From Thalia democratica (taxonomy: Eukaryota), in contig OZ241831.1 of the NCBI GenBank assembly GCA_965202585.1, positions 60,884,001-60,948,000 of the forward strand: DNA of 64,000 nucleotides. The letters run 5' to 3'. Position numbers and translations under genes: made by a program. Below the pieces are notes generated by a model. It ran no database searches. It saw only the letters and a list, made by a program, of their open reading frames with translations, and was not told the DNA's origin. Each line of letters opens with the position of its first letter. Within the stretch, counting starts at the first letter, position 1. Below are positions 1 through 13,441 of the stretch, in pieces.

Positions 1-1556
1 GAATTTTTAAAATCGCCATTTGAATAAATTATATATATATATATATATATACATTTTTAATATTTTTTATATTGCTTTCTATTGAACACAAATATTGCCG
101 ATGAAAGCATGTAGTGCGCTGAAACACCTGTACAAGAAAACAAAAACATGTAAATTAGTGATAAAAAAAACAACGGATTAAAACAATCAACTTAATTAAG
201 ATTGACTTTTATACTATACAAATATCATAGTTGTAAGCATGATTACGTAGTTTATAAATATAAAAACCAAGTTTTTAGTTTAGTTGTTTGTTTTAATTCG
301 TTGTTTTTTTTTAACAGATATTACACAACATACTAAAATAAATAACAAGGTATTTCTACATTAGATTTACTAAGATAATCTTAATACTATGTGTTATTAC
401 CAAGTAGCTTAAGATTGCTTGATCATAAAAATTATTTTATAATTTTTTGCTAAGTAATCAATAAAGTTAAAAGTTCATGATTCAGAATTACTTCTTATAA
501 CGAATTTAAATAATTTACTGTAAAAAAGTGTTATTATTAGTATACTATATTGATAGTTTTAAAAGTATTGAATAACTAAAAGTTTCTTTAGGATAAACAA
601 TTAAGTATCATTTAATAATAAAAGTTTTAAGTATTAATTTAAAAATAATAAAGAAATAGTTATGAATGTTTCACAAAGTTCAGATTAAAAGCCACTTTAT
701 TTATTAAGTCAAGTTTACATTAATAAAAACAAATGTTAAGTATATAGCATAATTTTTTTTATGACTATTACCAATTTGTTCAAATATTTCTAAATTTAAG
801 TTTTAAATCATAGATAATTATTTTTGCTATATTTTCACGGGTTTAGTTTTTATTTGAGTATTTACACCAAACAATGTTTCAGTTGAATTACCAATTGTTG
901 TTGAATTCAATAATTTACTAACTGTTTTTTATATTAAATAAAAGTTAATTAGAAACTGAACACATCAGCGGTTAAACAAATTTAAGAAAAATAATCTTCA
1001 AAAAAAGTATACGGATCATATTATAAACAACTAATGCAATAAATATATAATTCTGTTTCCAAGCTTAGAACTTTCTAATCAATTCAGCAATCCAATATTT
1101 TTAAATTTTAGTTTTTTTGTCTTGAGTTAAAAGTTTCTAAAGTCAATGTCGATTTTAGTAACAGAAGGGCGTATTAGGTTAAATGGATCTTAATTTAAGT
1201 AATTTTAAGCTTTTTTTATTTTCAAGTACAGATTTTATTAGTAGTCTATTTTCTATCCTGAGTTATGTTAAGAAATATACAAATGTTAACTTTATAATTC
1301 AGGCATATTGTTCAAAGTGTTTGCGTTACCTCGCGTTACACAAAACCAAAGTTTTTTCTTAATATGTTTTATGACCTAATTTAAATAGTACAAACGTTTT
1401 TATCTTTACTTTTATTAATTACAATCAAAAGTTTCGTCAACAGTTGATGTTAAGTTACTAATCCTTGACGAATCTTTTTTCACGTCAGTCAATGCATTAT
1501 TACGTCCTAGCATCGTCACAAAGGCTTTATAAATCAATATAGCTCATTTCAGACGT

Positions 1557-1629
1557 GCCCGGCTAGCTCAGTCGGTAGAGCGTTGGACTCTTAATCCAAC
1601 GGTCGTGGGTTCGAGCCCCACGTTGGGCG
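1557..1629 (+). tRNA. tRNA-Lys: tRNA-Lys(CTT)
   Basis: GCCCGGCTAGCTCAGTCGGTAGAGC...TTGGA CTCTTAA TCCAA...GGTTCGAGCCCCACGTTGGGCG; full cloverleaf, anticodon CTT, T-run downstream. Confidence 0.96.
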
Positions 1630-2332
1630 CACTTTTTTTATTTTAAGTACAACAAGAGCTAGTTAATTTTAATTATTTAAAGAAAAGTTATTTTCTAAAG
1701 AAAAATTATAACAATCTTACTTCCTACACATAATTAGTCAAAAGTTTTACACTTGTATTCGTTTTTTTTAACTATGTTTTAGTTATTAAGTGTTTTACAT
1801 GATAAAGTTTGTGAAGGTTTTCATACTAACTTTGATTTTTAATTTATTGTTGTACTTACTAAACAAACTATTAAATTACAGTCATTATAAATAAGGAAAT
1901 ACATTGATCAATCAAGTTTTGTTATTAGTATGTTGCATTATATTTATTTACTAAAATATTCTTCAGGTATTTTTTTTTGAAAATTAAGCTATCCACCTGC
2001 TTCTAAAATTTTTAGATAATCGATATTAAATAATGTTTATGCGTCCTAGTTGATAAGGATAGTTAAATCTGTACAATTATTTAAACTTTTATTTGTTGTT
2101 ACTTTGCAGGTCCTAATGTAGTTTAACATTACAATATATTTGATAAAAACTGTTTTCAAAGTTGAATATTTGACACATAGATAGTCACTTAAAGTTTAAA
2201 CAGGGTCTCTATGGAGCTATGGAATAAATAATTATCTATAAATAATTATTAATTAAGTTATAAGAGTGGATGTCTAAAATTTGGCCAAATGAAATTACCT
2301 CATTTATTGTTGATGGTCAACTTCAATAAATA

Positions 2333-2405
2333 TGTTTCCGCCCGGGCTCGAACCGGGGACCTTTCGCGTGTTAGGCGAACGTGATAACCGCTACACTACG
2401 GAAAC
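2333..2405 (-). tRNA. tRNA-Val: tRNA-Val(AAC)
   Basis: Reverse complement GTTTCCGTAGTGTAGCGGTTATCACGTTCGCCTAACACGCGAAAGGTCCCCGGTTCGAGCCCGGGCGGAAACA; anticodon AAC. Confidence 0.96.
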
Positions 2406-3229
2406 TTGTGATAGGGTGCAGTATATTGTGTTTATATACTAATTAAGTGAGTAAGTTTGCGCTTAAAGCTTTTATGTGAAGCTTTCATAGCATCTATCAG
2501 AGATGTTAAATCGCAGAGCACAAAATCCCCGCAGTAGAATAAAAAATAAAAAGCATGGCAATAGAATTAAAATTTCTTATGAAAGCAAAAGCTGTATTTT
2601 ACAAGTTGAGAACATAAAAGTTTCATATATTCAATTACACCAACATATTTAAAAGCATATAGTTTTTATAAGTATGAATGCCTTAAATGTAAGTTTATGT
2701 TTTTTATTTTCATAAGGTTAATTTTATTCACTTTATTGTTAATTTAATCATAACTACCTTTTAACCTTGTAGTAGTAGGTAATGTTTGGTTAGAAAAGTT
2801 AAAGAAAAGTATCTTCCACTTATTTAAATGGTTAATAAACTAAAAACATTGTAGCTTTGGAACTAATCGATGTTAAATTAATTTATTATTTGATTTTTTT
2901 TTCCAAAAATTAGATGCAATAGACAAATTATTTTTTCTTATATCCTACTTTTATCAAATTATTTGAATTTTTAAACTTAAAAATAAAGTTTGATTATTAT
3001 AATTTTTTAAGATTCATTATAAATTATTTTATTAAGACATAGATTTCACTTAAAAGTAATTTGAATATAATTTATTATTTTTGTTTACAAACTTGAAACT
3101 ACTATTTGCTTAGATTAAATCTATTTAAAATTTTTAATGTGACAAATTTATTGAGTCTTTTTTTATTATAATTAGGTAGTTTATCTAAAAAAAAATATTA
3201 TACTTGAAAGTTTTAGTGTACAACTCAAG

Positions 3230-3560
3230 GTTTTTAAAACTAGTTTTGTAAATTAAGCAGAGTTGAAACAAGGTCAGGAAAAGTCAAAAAACTCAGGAAA
3301 AGCAGAAAAAAAAGATAAATAACAAGAATAGTAAGGTTTTTTTTATTAAACAGTCAGGAAGTTTGACTAAATATTAAAAAATACCAGATTTTGTCAGTTT
3401 AAATTCACTGAATTCCTTATATTCAAAAACAAGTCTTTGAATGGTAAAAAATTAATTTAAATTCTTCAAAGTGTGATTAAAATTGAAAAAACTTCCAAGA
3501 ATTTTACAAAATTACTTAATGCCTTCATCTGGTAAAATTAAATGAATATCCTTTATAAAA
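3230..3560 (+). mobile_element. Decayed MITE fragment (AGTCAGGAAA-repeat family, related to 4888-5298)
   Basis: Repeated AGTCAGGAAAA motifs; colinear similarity of 3380-3530 to 5025-5170; no intact ends. Confidence 0.5.
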
Positions 3561-4372
3561 CTGCAAAATGTTTCTATTAAAATTTTTTTAAACTATCCTA
3601 CTAGAACAAACAGTTTTTGTAAGCAGTTTGATAATCTGTAGCATTTTTTAGTAAAACAATGATAATACACATAAGTTTGTTTATCTAGCATATGTTAGAA
3701 TTGAATCGTTTTTCGTTTAAGTAAATAAATAATTTCATTCTAATTAAACACTAGGTTTAGTGTTTTGGGTAATAAGTTTATGTTTATAATTTACCTCATT
3801 ATAATTTTTTCAAAATTGTTTAAATTTTTAAAATAAATTATAAAAGAGGTGAACTTCATGGTTAAGTTTAATTATTTATAGTTTATTGTAGAATAGTTGT
3901 TTTTTAATATTTTTTACATAAATAAGGGTAAAATATTTACTACTAATTTTATAAATATTGATAAACTGAAATATAAAATTGAAGGCTTTATTAATTCCAA
4001 GTGTTTGAATATGTATTATATTATTTGTTTAAATTGATAATTTGATTTAGAAAAGTCAGGAAAATTGTAATAAAAAGTCAGGAAATTGTTTAAAGAGTGG
4101 ATAATAACTATAAAAATTCTGTACTTTGACAATTAAGGCAATTAAAACCTTAGCAAAGCTGAAATTAGATATAATTTAAAAAAAAACTACATTTTTTAAC
4201 AATAAACCTAAAAAACCTGAAATTCTTAACAAGTTTACAAAGTTGGGTAATAAAATTTAACTTGATTCAAAAATATTTCATATAAATAAGTTTTTTTTTT
4301 ATCAACAAAAAAAAATTTTTTTCATAAAACGCATTTCAATAAACTTAAGTGTTTTTCAATGGCTTATGCTAT

Positions 4373-4762
4373 CAGGGTTGCCACTTTACCTGGAAATCTG
4401 TTTTTACCTGGAAACCTGATACTTAACAACTAAGGCAAAAAAAACCTGGAATTTGAGAAATTTTTAACCAAAGACTTAGAAAAACATTCAGTTTTTAACA
4501 ATTTCAGCATGTTAAGTAGTACAATTTTAACTTGACACAAAAAAACTATCATATAAATAAGATTTCAATTAAAATTTTTTAGTTATAATACACATTTTAA
4601 TTAACTTTATAGTACATATACAATGTTTTTTTATTATTTAACACAGTTTTTTATATTAGACATAACTTTAAACTGAAAATAAACCAAAATACATGTAATT
4701 TTAAAAGCCTTGTAGAGATTTGAAAAACCAGGAAAAATTTATAAACATGAGTGGCAACCTTG
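4373..4762 (+). mobile_element. MITE with CAGGGTTGCCAC terminal inverted repeats
   Basis: CAGGGTTGCCAC...GTGGCAACCTTG; internal ACCTGGAAA repeats; similar copies at 6659 and 8309. Confidence 0.75.
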
Positions 4763-4876
4763 TACTATTCCAAACAGTTTATTACAATAAATTTAACTTT
4801 AAACTAAAGCTAGACTCTAAAATGTGTATTTTTGAAGACATTTTGAAATCATGTAAAAAATTTAAATAAAAATCAG

Positions 4877-7800
4877 GTGGCTATTCTCAGGGTTGCCACA
4901 TAGTCAGGAAAATTCAGGAAATCAGGAAAAACTAAGAAAAATGACAAAAGTCAGGAAAATTCAGGTCAAAATGGGGGGTTTTAGAAAATATTCAGGAAAA
5001 ATTCAGGAAAAAAATTTATAAAAACCTCAGATATTGTCAGTTCAAATTTATTTATTTCCTTTTATTTCAAAGCCTTCGATTAGTGAAAAATTAATTAAAA
5101 ATTCTTTAAAGTCAGACTAAAATTGCAAAATGTTATTTTAATTTTACAAAATTACTTAATTTTCAATGCCTTTTTTAGTAAAATTATAGTAAAAAGTCAG
5201 AAAAATCTTGAAAAAAGTCAGGAAAACTTTAGTAAAATGTCAGGAAAAAGTCAGGAAAAGTCAGGAAAAATTTCTCAGCTTGACTTGTGGCAACCATGCT
5301 ATTCTGTAGTAGTTAAGGTAAGTCTCTAATGGTTTTTTTTTCTTGGATTTACAAATAGTTATTAAGTTACACACTAAACACATTACTTTAGCAGTTACAT
5401 TTTCGTAGGTAACAACCGTTGAAATTATTTTAGATGAAACTCCAGACCAAGAAGATTTACCAACTTTAGATTTTCCACCACCTAAAAAGATGAGGTACCA
5501 GAAATCTTGGGAATCTGTTTATGAGTTAAAAGGTTTTTTATATCTAACAATTTGTAGTATTTAAGAATACACATTTGAGTATTTCAATTTTGATTTTAAC
5601 AACAATTTTTTTTTAATACTGAGCTTTTTTATTAAATATTATAAAGGAAAGTTCTCATGTTTTTATAGAATTAAATTAATTTTTCCATTGTAATTTTTGA
5701 AAAAAAAATAATTTTTAAATAGTTTTTAAAGTATTTTTTGTAATTTTATTTCAATAATGCACAAAAAATTTTATCATCTAAAGTCAAAAATTCCAATTCA
5801 CTTTTTACCTAAAAATTAACATTTTGTTTTAATAATTTAATAATTAACAATACTTTAGCATGACATTTTTTTTACTTTAGTACTAACCTTTGACTACTTT
5901 ATTTAAATAAATATACTTAAAATACATTTTATAATAACAACACACAAATTAAACTGTTAATTTTATTATAAAATTAAAACCAAAATTTGTTAGTATAAAA
6001 CAAAGTTCGCTTCATAGACAAAAATTGAATTTCTAATTTTATTATTTAAGTAAAATGGTTCATAGAGGCCATAAGGCGGTGAGATGGGCAAATTATTTAT
6101 TTACAACAATTTTTTGGTTTTACACCTTACAAATTATCATGATTTTTGTTTGTTAAACAAAAAAAAAAATTTTAATTTTTGTCATAAAATACATTTATTT
6201 GAATATTAAAAACATTTTTCTGACAAATGGTTTGTGGTAATATCAAGAATTCTTTATAAAATTTTTTAGTATATTGCTTTCAAATACAAAAATTAAATTT
6301 TTTTTTACTATTTTATAAACGCTAAGAAGATTAGCTTTGACTGATTTAATTACTAGACAGATCTACTTAGTTTTTTTATTTCAAAAAAGAATTATTTCAC
6401 TGCATTGATTAAATTTATATATAAATTTTTGATAAAAGTTGTGATATAAATAACAATTTTATTATAAGCAAATTTATTATCCCATTTGTAAGCTTAGATT
6501 TATAAGATAGATTTAACTAAAGCTTTTATTAATTGAGAATAAATAAATTAAAAAAAAATTGTTATTTATTGATCTTGTAGTGAAACAAAACTTTAAAAAG
6601 CACGTTTTAAAAGTAAATACATACTTAATTAGCTCAAGTTAAACTGTGATGCTTACATCAGGCTAGCCACTTTACCTGGAAGCCTATAATTTGTCAAATT
6701 AACCCAAAAAAAAACCAGGAATGTTTGTATTTTTGAAAAAAAATCGGAAAAACTTCAAATTAAAAAAAAAACTGGAAATTTTAACATTTTAAGCATTGTC
6801 AGTAGTTAAATTTTCGATTTGACACAAAAATTTATAATATAAATAATATTTTATTTCTTCATCTAAAAATTTTTTATCTACCAACACATTTATTGTAAGT
6901 TTAAAGTATCTTTTTAATGTTGTCATACTATTTAACACAGTATCTTACTTTGAACCTAATTTTCGACCAAATAAAGATTAAAATTGTGAACTTTTAAAAT
7001 TCTGTAAGAATTTTGGAATACTTTGAAAAAAATTTTAAAATACAAGGCAACACTATTACATCTATTAAACTGTTTAGTTTATTGTGAAACGTTTTTGTTA
7101 AATCATTGAAATCTCAATTGTTCACTTATTAATAAAATAAATATTAGATACACAACTTATTTATAAACAAATATTAATAGTGTTTAATGTTTTATTAGTT
7201 ATATCTGTTATGTCAACTATGTGTAATGCTGTTTTACTTATTAGATTGGATTGCTCCAACAAATTGTGAAACTAAAGCTTATTGCAAGTGGTGCAATGTA
7301 GAACTACAAGCAAAAAAGAGCAACTTAAAAGTTTATTCTTATTCTGACCGACATAAACGCGCATCTCCAGTCACAAATAACCACAACTCAATAAATCAGT
7401 TTAGGATGGAAAAATCTTTTAAACAGCAATTCAACAATTTCCTTAAAGAAAACGTACGCCAGACAGAAGTCCGGTTAGCATTGCAACAAGCTCTTCACGG
7501 GAACTTGCTAGCAGGCGAACACCAGATAGATGTCATGAAGACACTTGGGACAGCTCACGAATCAGCAACGCTTAAAAGGAGGAAAGCAAAAATTATTCTG
7601 TGCAATACTCTCGCACCAATTTGCAGAAGACTAATCATAACTGATTTTATGGTGAAGCATTGTTCTTTCTATCTGGATGAGAGTACAGATACTGCTGGAC
7701 AAAGTTTTCTAGGTAAGAAAATTACTTTTAAGCTTTGTTAATTTAATTAAGTTTAAATTTGTTATTAATTTACATACATTCTGTTGAATATAAAAATATT

Positions 7801-10800
7801 TTAATACAAAAAGCTTATTAAATTTAAATTTCAAACATGAAATAAGCTTTAAACACATTGTTCTTTGTTTTATTTTTTTAATATAGATTAATTCTTGTAA
7901 CACGTTAGCTGTAAAAGAAAATATTTTGTTATGCAATGAGTTGGACATTTTTAGATTACTCAGATGTAAGTAGGTTTAATGACAGTTAAAGGAAAAAGTT
8001 TTTATTTTACAGAATTTAATAAGTTAATAAATTAAAATTTACATAAAATTAAAGTTAGAATTACTATGATTTTTTTTAATAATTATACAGTAAACTCGTT
8101 CTAGTAAACTATGTCAGTTTCATTTCTAACATATATTTGATTTTTGTGTTGACTTTTATTTAATAGTTTAAGAAATATGTCAAAATATTGTTGATTTTAT
8201 TTTTCTAATAAGGAGAATGATTTAATTATTATAATATTTATTAAACAGCAAAAATTTTAATTAATAAAGAAAATAATGAATAAATTAGCAATTTGTTGCT
8301 TTAACGAGCAGGGTTGCCACTTCACCTAGAAACCAGGAAAAACATGGAGTTAAAATTTTAGGCATAAAAATACCTGGAATTTTGTACATAAATCTTTAAA
8401 AGACGTTAAAAAACCTGATATTTTCAATAATTTTTACTTTTATAGTAATAAAATTTGGATTTGAATAGAAAATTATACCCTATTTTTCAAAGTTTTTTGT
8501 CATCATCAATTTTTTTTATTAATGAACCATTTATAAAGCAGCTTTAGTGTAGCTTTTCCATGTTTTTATACTCTTTAATACAGTTTTAACATTAAACTTA
8601 ACTATTAACTTTAAACAGACCTTAATATGTGTAATTTTTAAAACGTGGAAGAAATTTAGAAAACCTGGAAAAAATTTTTAAAATACCGAGTGGTTAACCG
8701 GAAGCAGTTTATGTTCAAATGATTATAACAGTTTTCCTTTTATATACAGCGGTTGTAATTACAATTAAAGCTATACTTTCTTAAACTTTTGTTCTACTAC
8801 CTTCAGTTGTTTAACTAGAACAAAGTGGTAGTCCTTTAATTTCACAGATTTTATGTACTTAAAAGTTCGACTATATTTGGTATTTTTTAACTTTCTTAGA
8901 TATCTATTTAAAAAAGCATGAGTAGTAGTTACCAACAGATAATTTTAAAACATTTATATTTTTTTTTATTCCAAAGTATACAGATATAAGTTCTTTTCAT
9001 TCAAAATTTTACAGTTTTTAAACTTATAACAAAAAAATTAGAAAGCTTTATGTTTGAATCACAGGTGTTAGTATTTGTTATCTAAGCAAAATAAAGAAAA
9101 CTTCAGTATCTACATTTTTACACCTCGAAGACCTTGGAAGAGACAAATCAGCGTTATCTATTGCTAACGCATTCAAAAGAGTCTTAAAGATGTATAATGT
9201 TCACTTAAAAAATGTAGTTTCAATATGTAAGTATATATGAACTGTTACTGTTTTTTTCATTTTTGTATTCTAGTTATGTATTTATTAAATAGGTACTACT
9301 AACGTGTTTTTAATTTTAAATTTAGATATTAATAGTAAGTTAATTTTTGTTTATTTCAGCTATTCTCTGTGTATTCTTGCTAACTTTTATAAACTAGTTT
9401 TAATATCTTACAATGATCTATCTTTATTAATAGACTTAATTTAATTTTATTCAATTGTTTAAGAAAAGTATAAATTTAAGCACAAACTGGTCTTATAATT
9501 TAAGAAAAATATTTTTTTTTTTAACTTAGTAAATATATTTTTAGGTACAGACGGAGCTGTTTCCATGACAGGAGTTAAGAATGGAGTAGGACAAATTCTG
9601 AAAAAAGATAATCCCAGGCTTATAACAATATCCTGTACAAATCATGCTTTGCAAAATGCATGTTTAAATGCAACCAAAGCTACAATACCTAATGAAGTAA
9701 GTATTAAAACTATTTTATATAAATTATTAATTCAATTGTTGAATGAGAATTTTAGTAAGCTGCATTTATTCAAGTTACAAAGTTGTTTTTTTATATTTAT
9801 TTATGATAATTTATTTTATCTTATATTTATTTTTAGTATTAAAAAAAACCATTGTTGTTGAATAAAAGTGTGTATACTTTTAAATTAAATAAGGTTGAGG
9901 AGCTTATTAAGAAAACGTTCAACTACTTCAAGTTCTCTAACACAAGAAGAAGTGACTTTGAAAATTTAGGTGTGTGTATGACGGGTGAAATTCCGTTAAA
10001 ATTTAAAGCCTTAAGCAAAACTAGATGGATATCACACTTTCCATGCATTGAAAGAATTTTATTGAATTGGGAAGTACTCAAAGCTTTTTTTAATGAAGTA
10101 GGTATTAAACTATTACTATAAACTTCAAGACGCTTTAATAATTAGAAAAATTATTAGTATAAAACTTAAAACAATCCTGTTTTAAATTATTTAGCATTTT
10201 TACAATTATATTTTTACAAATATCTATAAATTTAAAATTCAATCTGCCCTGAAACTTAGTAATCATATGTTTACTAAGGTAACATTTTATTAAATCAAAT
10301 ATATAATCAGAAGATATATAATAAATGTTTAAAAGCACAAATTAATTAACATAGATTTAATAAGAATATATATCTTTTTGAACAAAACTTTCTTTGTTAA
10401 TGAGCCTTGTTTTATAAGTATTAGTGTTTATTAACTATAATGATGTTTGTTTTCGAAATTTTTATTCTTACCTATAACATTTGTTTGTATATTAGCCAGA
10501 AAGAAGAAGAAACGATTTACATGCTGAAAGTATTCGAAAAATGCTAAATAGCAATAGATTAAATTTTGTTTTTAAATTTATGGGCAAAATTTTAGAGAAA
10601 GTTAGTTTCTAAGACCTATTATCTGCTTAATAATGAATTAACACCCTAAGCACTATAACATAACTAATTTCAATCATTCTAATTTGATTTTAAATGTTTA
10701 TTTTTAATTTCTTATTTTGTAGTCATGCCAAGTTTAGCTGTAAGTATTAAATGTAAAGCAAGACTAAATTTTTACAGTGTAATAATTAATTATTTTTATT

Positions 10801-13441
10801 CATCAGGTAAATTCTGTTAATATTCTTCTACAAAAAAGTAAAGTAGAACCTTTTAAGTTTGGATTAGCAATAACAAAACTTATACAGCATCTAAAAGACC
10901 TCATTTACCAACCAAATTCAAGTAAGCTTAATTTAGATCACAAGGCAACTAAGAATAATTTTTAATTTTAGGCTATTAATAATAAAGTTTCGTTTGATTT
11001 TATATCTACAACATTTTGGCGTAAATAAATATTATTTTTTAATTAGTAACGCAAACAAACGTACAATAACGTTCTTATAACAAAACATTACTAACATTTT
11101 GTTAAAGGTTTAGTAGATTCAAATTTAGATTGGATTTTATACAGAGTAAACGATATGAGTAATTAGTATCAATATTTTATTTTTTTACCAAATTAATTGT
11201 TAAATTATTATTTTACTATATAAACTAAGTTGTAGTTACTAAAATTTACATTTTTTTGTAGCTAACCTTTTGGAAGAACCTATCTTTCATGTAGAAGTAA
11301 ACGAAGTTTATGCAAATTTATCCATTAGTAAGAAGGCAGAGGTTAAACTAATTAAAATTCACGTTGTTTAGTCAATTGGGTTTATTAACAACTAAACTTA
11401 ATTGATTTTTTTAAAAAGGATTTGTTTAATGAGAATAATTTCTGAAATTGTTTTTACTTTACTTGAAAAAATTTTAAGTCAAAATACAAGTTATTATAAT
11501 AACTGTGTTTTTTTTTTACATAATCGTTTTTTTTTTTCAGTAAATTCTCATACTTTACTTAAGTAATTTACTTAATGTTGTGTATTACACGTGAAAAAAT
11601 TTCTGTTAATGACACGCTACGGTTCTAATCTGTAACTAATTTTCCTATAATTCCAACATTTTTATAATTAATTGTTTTAATACAGGTAAAAAATATTTTT
11701 CAAAGTTTTGTTGTAGTGTTTATAATTGAATTGGAAAAAAGAATGCTGCAAAATCTTGAATTTATGGCTCAGTATGAAGTTGTAAACGATGTTAGTTGGT
11801 ATTAAATATATCTTAAAAAATAAAATAACTTATTTAAATATCATTAAAACTTATAATTTTTTAAAGGCCTTAAATAGACGGATGCCGGATATTGAGAAGT
11901 TTTTAGAACATCCAAAAATTAAAAAAGTGTTTGAAGGAAACCACAGAGATACTATCTCACTTCAATACAAAAGTTTGCATGGACGTCATCAAACAAGTAT
12001 CGGTTAGCTAAAGGAAAATAACAATAGTAACGTACTACTTAAATATAAATTAAAATTTTCAGTGTTAATGTTAAACAAGTTTTGTAATTTAGTAAACATT
12101 GTAAATCTACCGAAAACTAAGTTCTGATAAAATAAAAACATGATTTATTATTGTAAGAGTACACTTACAATTGATTATGTACATAAAAAGTTATCAGTTT
12201 ATTCTTAACAGATAAATCAACAAACGTTAACTTTTGGAGCAGTGTTCGCGTTGAATACCAAGAACTTAAGGAGTTAATGATGAAACTACAAACGATACCT
12301 TTTAGTAACGCGCAAATCGAGCGAGACTTTTCCTTGATGAATATCTCGAAAAACAATAGACAATCTAATATGGGCCATATTTTGTTAAACTCCTTAATGA
12401 TTATTAGGTAAGTAAAAATTTAATGTATTTGGATTTATGTATTTTTATTTTAAACTATTTATTTCATAGAAATGAAATTTTAATGTGTTATTTAAACTGT
12501 AAAGTTTTTAATCATTATTTAAATTATTTAATTTTAGTTAAAGTTGGGTATGCAACTCGATGACCGAGAGGTCTTTTTGTGTACCCGGATCCTTGAAACA
12601 AGAAATTTTTGAATTTTGTTTTGTTATTATTCAACAAACCTTATCATTTTGATTTTTACTTTTAAAAAACATATTTTATTATAGGAGACATAAAGGCCCT
12701 ATTAATAACTTGTTTTTTTTAATGTAATCCAATTAAATTGATATTTTGTATTACAACGATTTGTTTTATATAATTTTTTTTCTTTTATTTTAAATATAAG
12801 GGAAGAATAAATGCATAATAAGAATTGAAAAATTTTTTTGCTAAATTTATCGGTATATTATCAGTAAAATTCAATGATATATATCACTAGTAAAAGTTAC
12901 TAGAACTTTTTTAACAAATTTTAGTTTAGGTAGTTTTTTAAATTTTTTATTCTAATTAAAACTATTTGTACAAGGTTAAAAAGCTTGGCATTTGCTTATT
13001 ATTTAAATATTATATAGGTTGTTGTCTTTTTAGATAAAGTAAAGTATAGTGTTAATCTGTTTGTTGAATATTTTTATCATAAATATAATATTGGTAAAGT
13101 ACAAAATTATAACTCAATGTATGGTTTATAAATTACTCTTTTTTATTCAAAGGTTCAATTCAAACATTAGTAATAAAAAATTCCTACAATTACTTTTTAC
13201 ATTCTTAAGCCAATTATTACCCAAAATTATAATAAATTCTATTTTTCTCAGATCAACCTGCAAAAGAATGGAGTTATGCTGTGACAAATTTCCACTTTCA
13301 GATACATTGATAGAAGAAGTTGGTAAGTCTAGTTTGTACAAACCAAGAAGCCAAGATGTCAATGAAATCTTGACAAACGAAGAGTACAGCAAATTTAAAC
13401 CTTCAAATTTGACAATGTTTGCAGCAAACAATGTAATATAA
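4877..13441 (+). CDS. hAT-family transposase (ZNF862/TTF-zinc-finger-like type), multi-exon; 5' end not located
   Basis: Phase-consistent GT-AG exons: [4877-4887 + 5306-5317, split by a MITE], 5409-5532, 7245-7712, 9065-9226, 9545-9696, 9894-10097, 10496-10600 (alternative junction 10101/10500), 10807-10921, 11262-11341, 11686-11790, 11867-12002, 12212-12407, 13252-13441; about 685 aa. Motifs: YQKSW..Y..W..C-x2-C zinc finger, LDESTD (D1), CTDGAVSMTG (D2), CTNH, SKTRW, and C-terminal dimerisation domain FWS...IPFSNAQIERDFS (E). Confidence 0.88.
4888..5298 (+). mobile_element. MITE with CAGGGTTGCCAC TIRs, inserted in a putative transposase micro-exon
   Basis: CAGGGTTGCCAC...GTGGCAACCATG flanked by the direct repeat CTATTCT (7 bp; 8 bp GCTATTCT if the terminal G is counted as target); many TCAGGAAAA repeats. 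Confidence 0.8.
6659..7055 (+). mobile_element. Diverged CAGGGTTGCCAC-family MITE in a transposase intron
   Basis: CAGGCTAGCCACTTTACCTGGAA...AAGGCAACACTA; colinear with 4373-4762; TTACAT on both sides. Confidence 0.6.
8309..8702 (+). mobile_element. CAGGGTTGCCAC-family MITE in a transposase intron
   Basis: CAGGGTTGCCACTTCACCTAGAAACCAGG...GAGTGGTTAACCG; colinear with 4373-4762. Confidence 0.65.

Noticed and set aside
11108-11146. Possible extra transposase exon (LVDSNLDWILY)
   Set aside because: It breaks phase; 10921 splices in frame directly to 11262.
12538-12630. Candidate terminal transposase exon
   Set aside because: It needs a weak acceptor or hits an immediate stop; 13252-13441 fits the phase and gives the expected R…CC..F.L…G…Y hAT tail.
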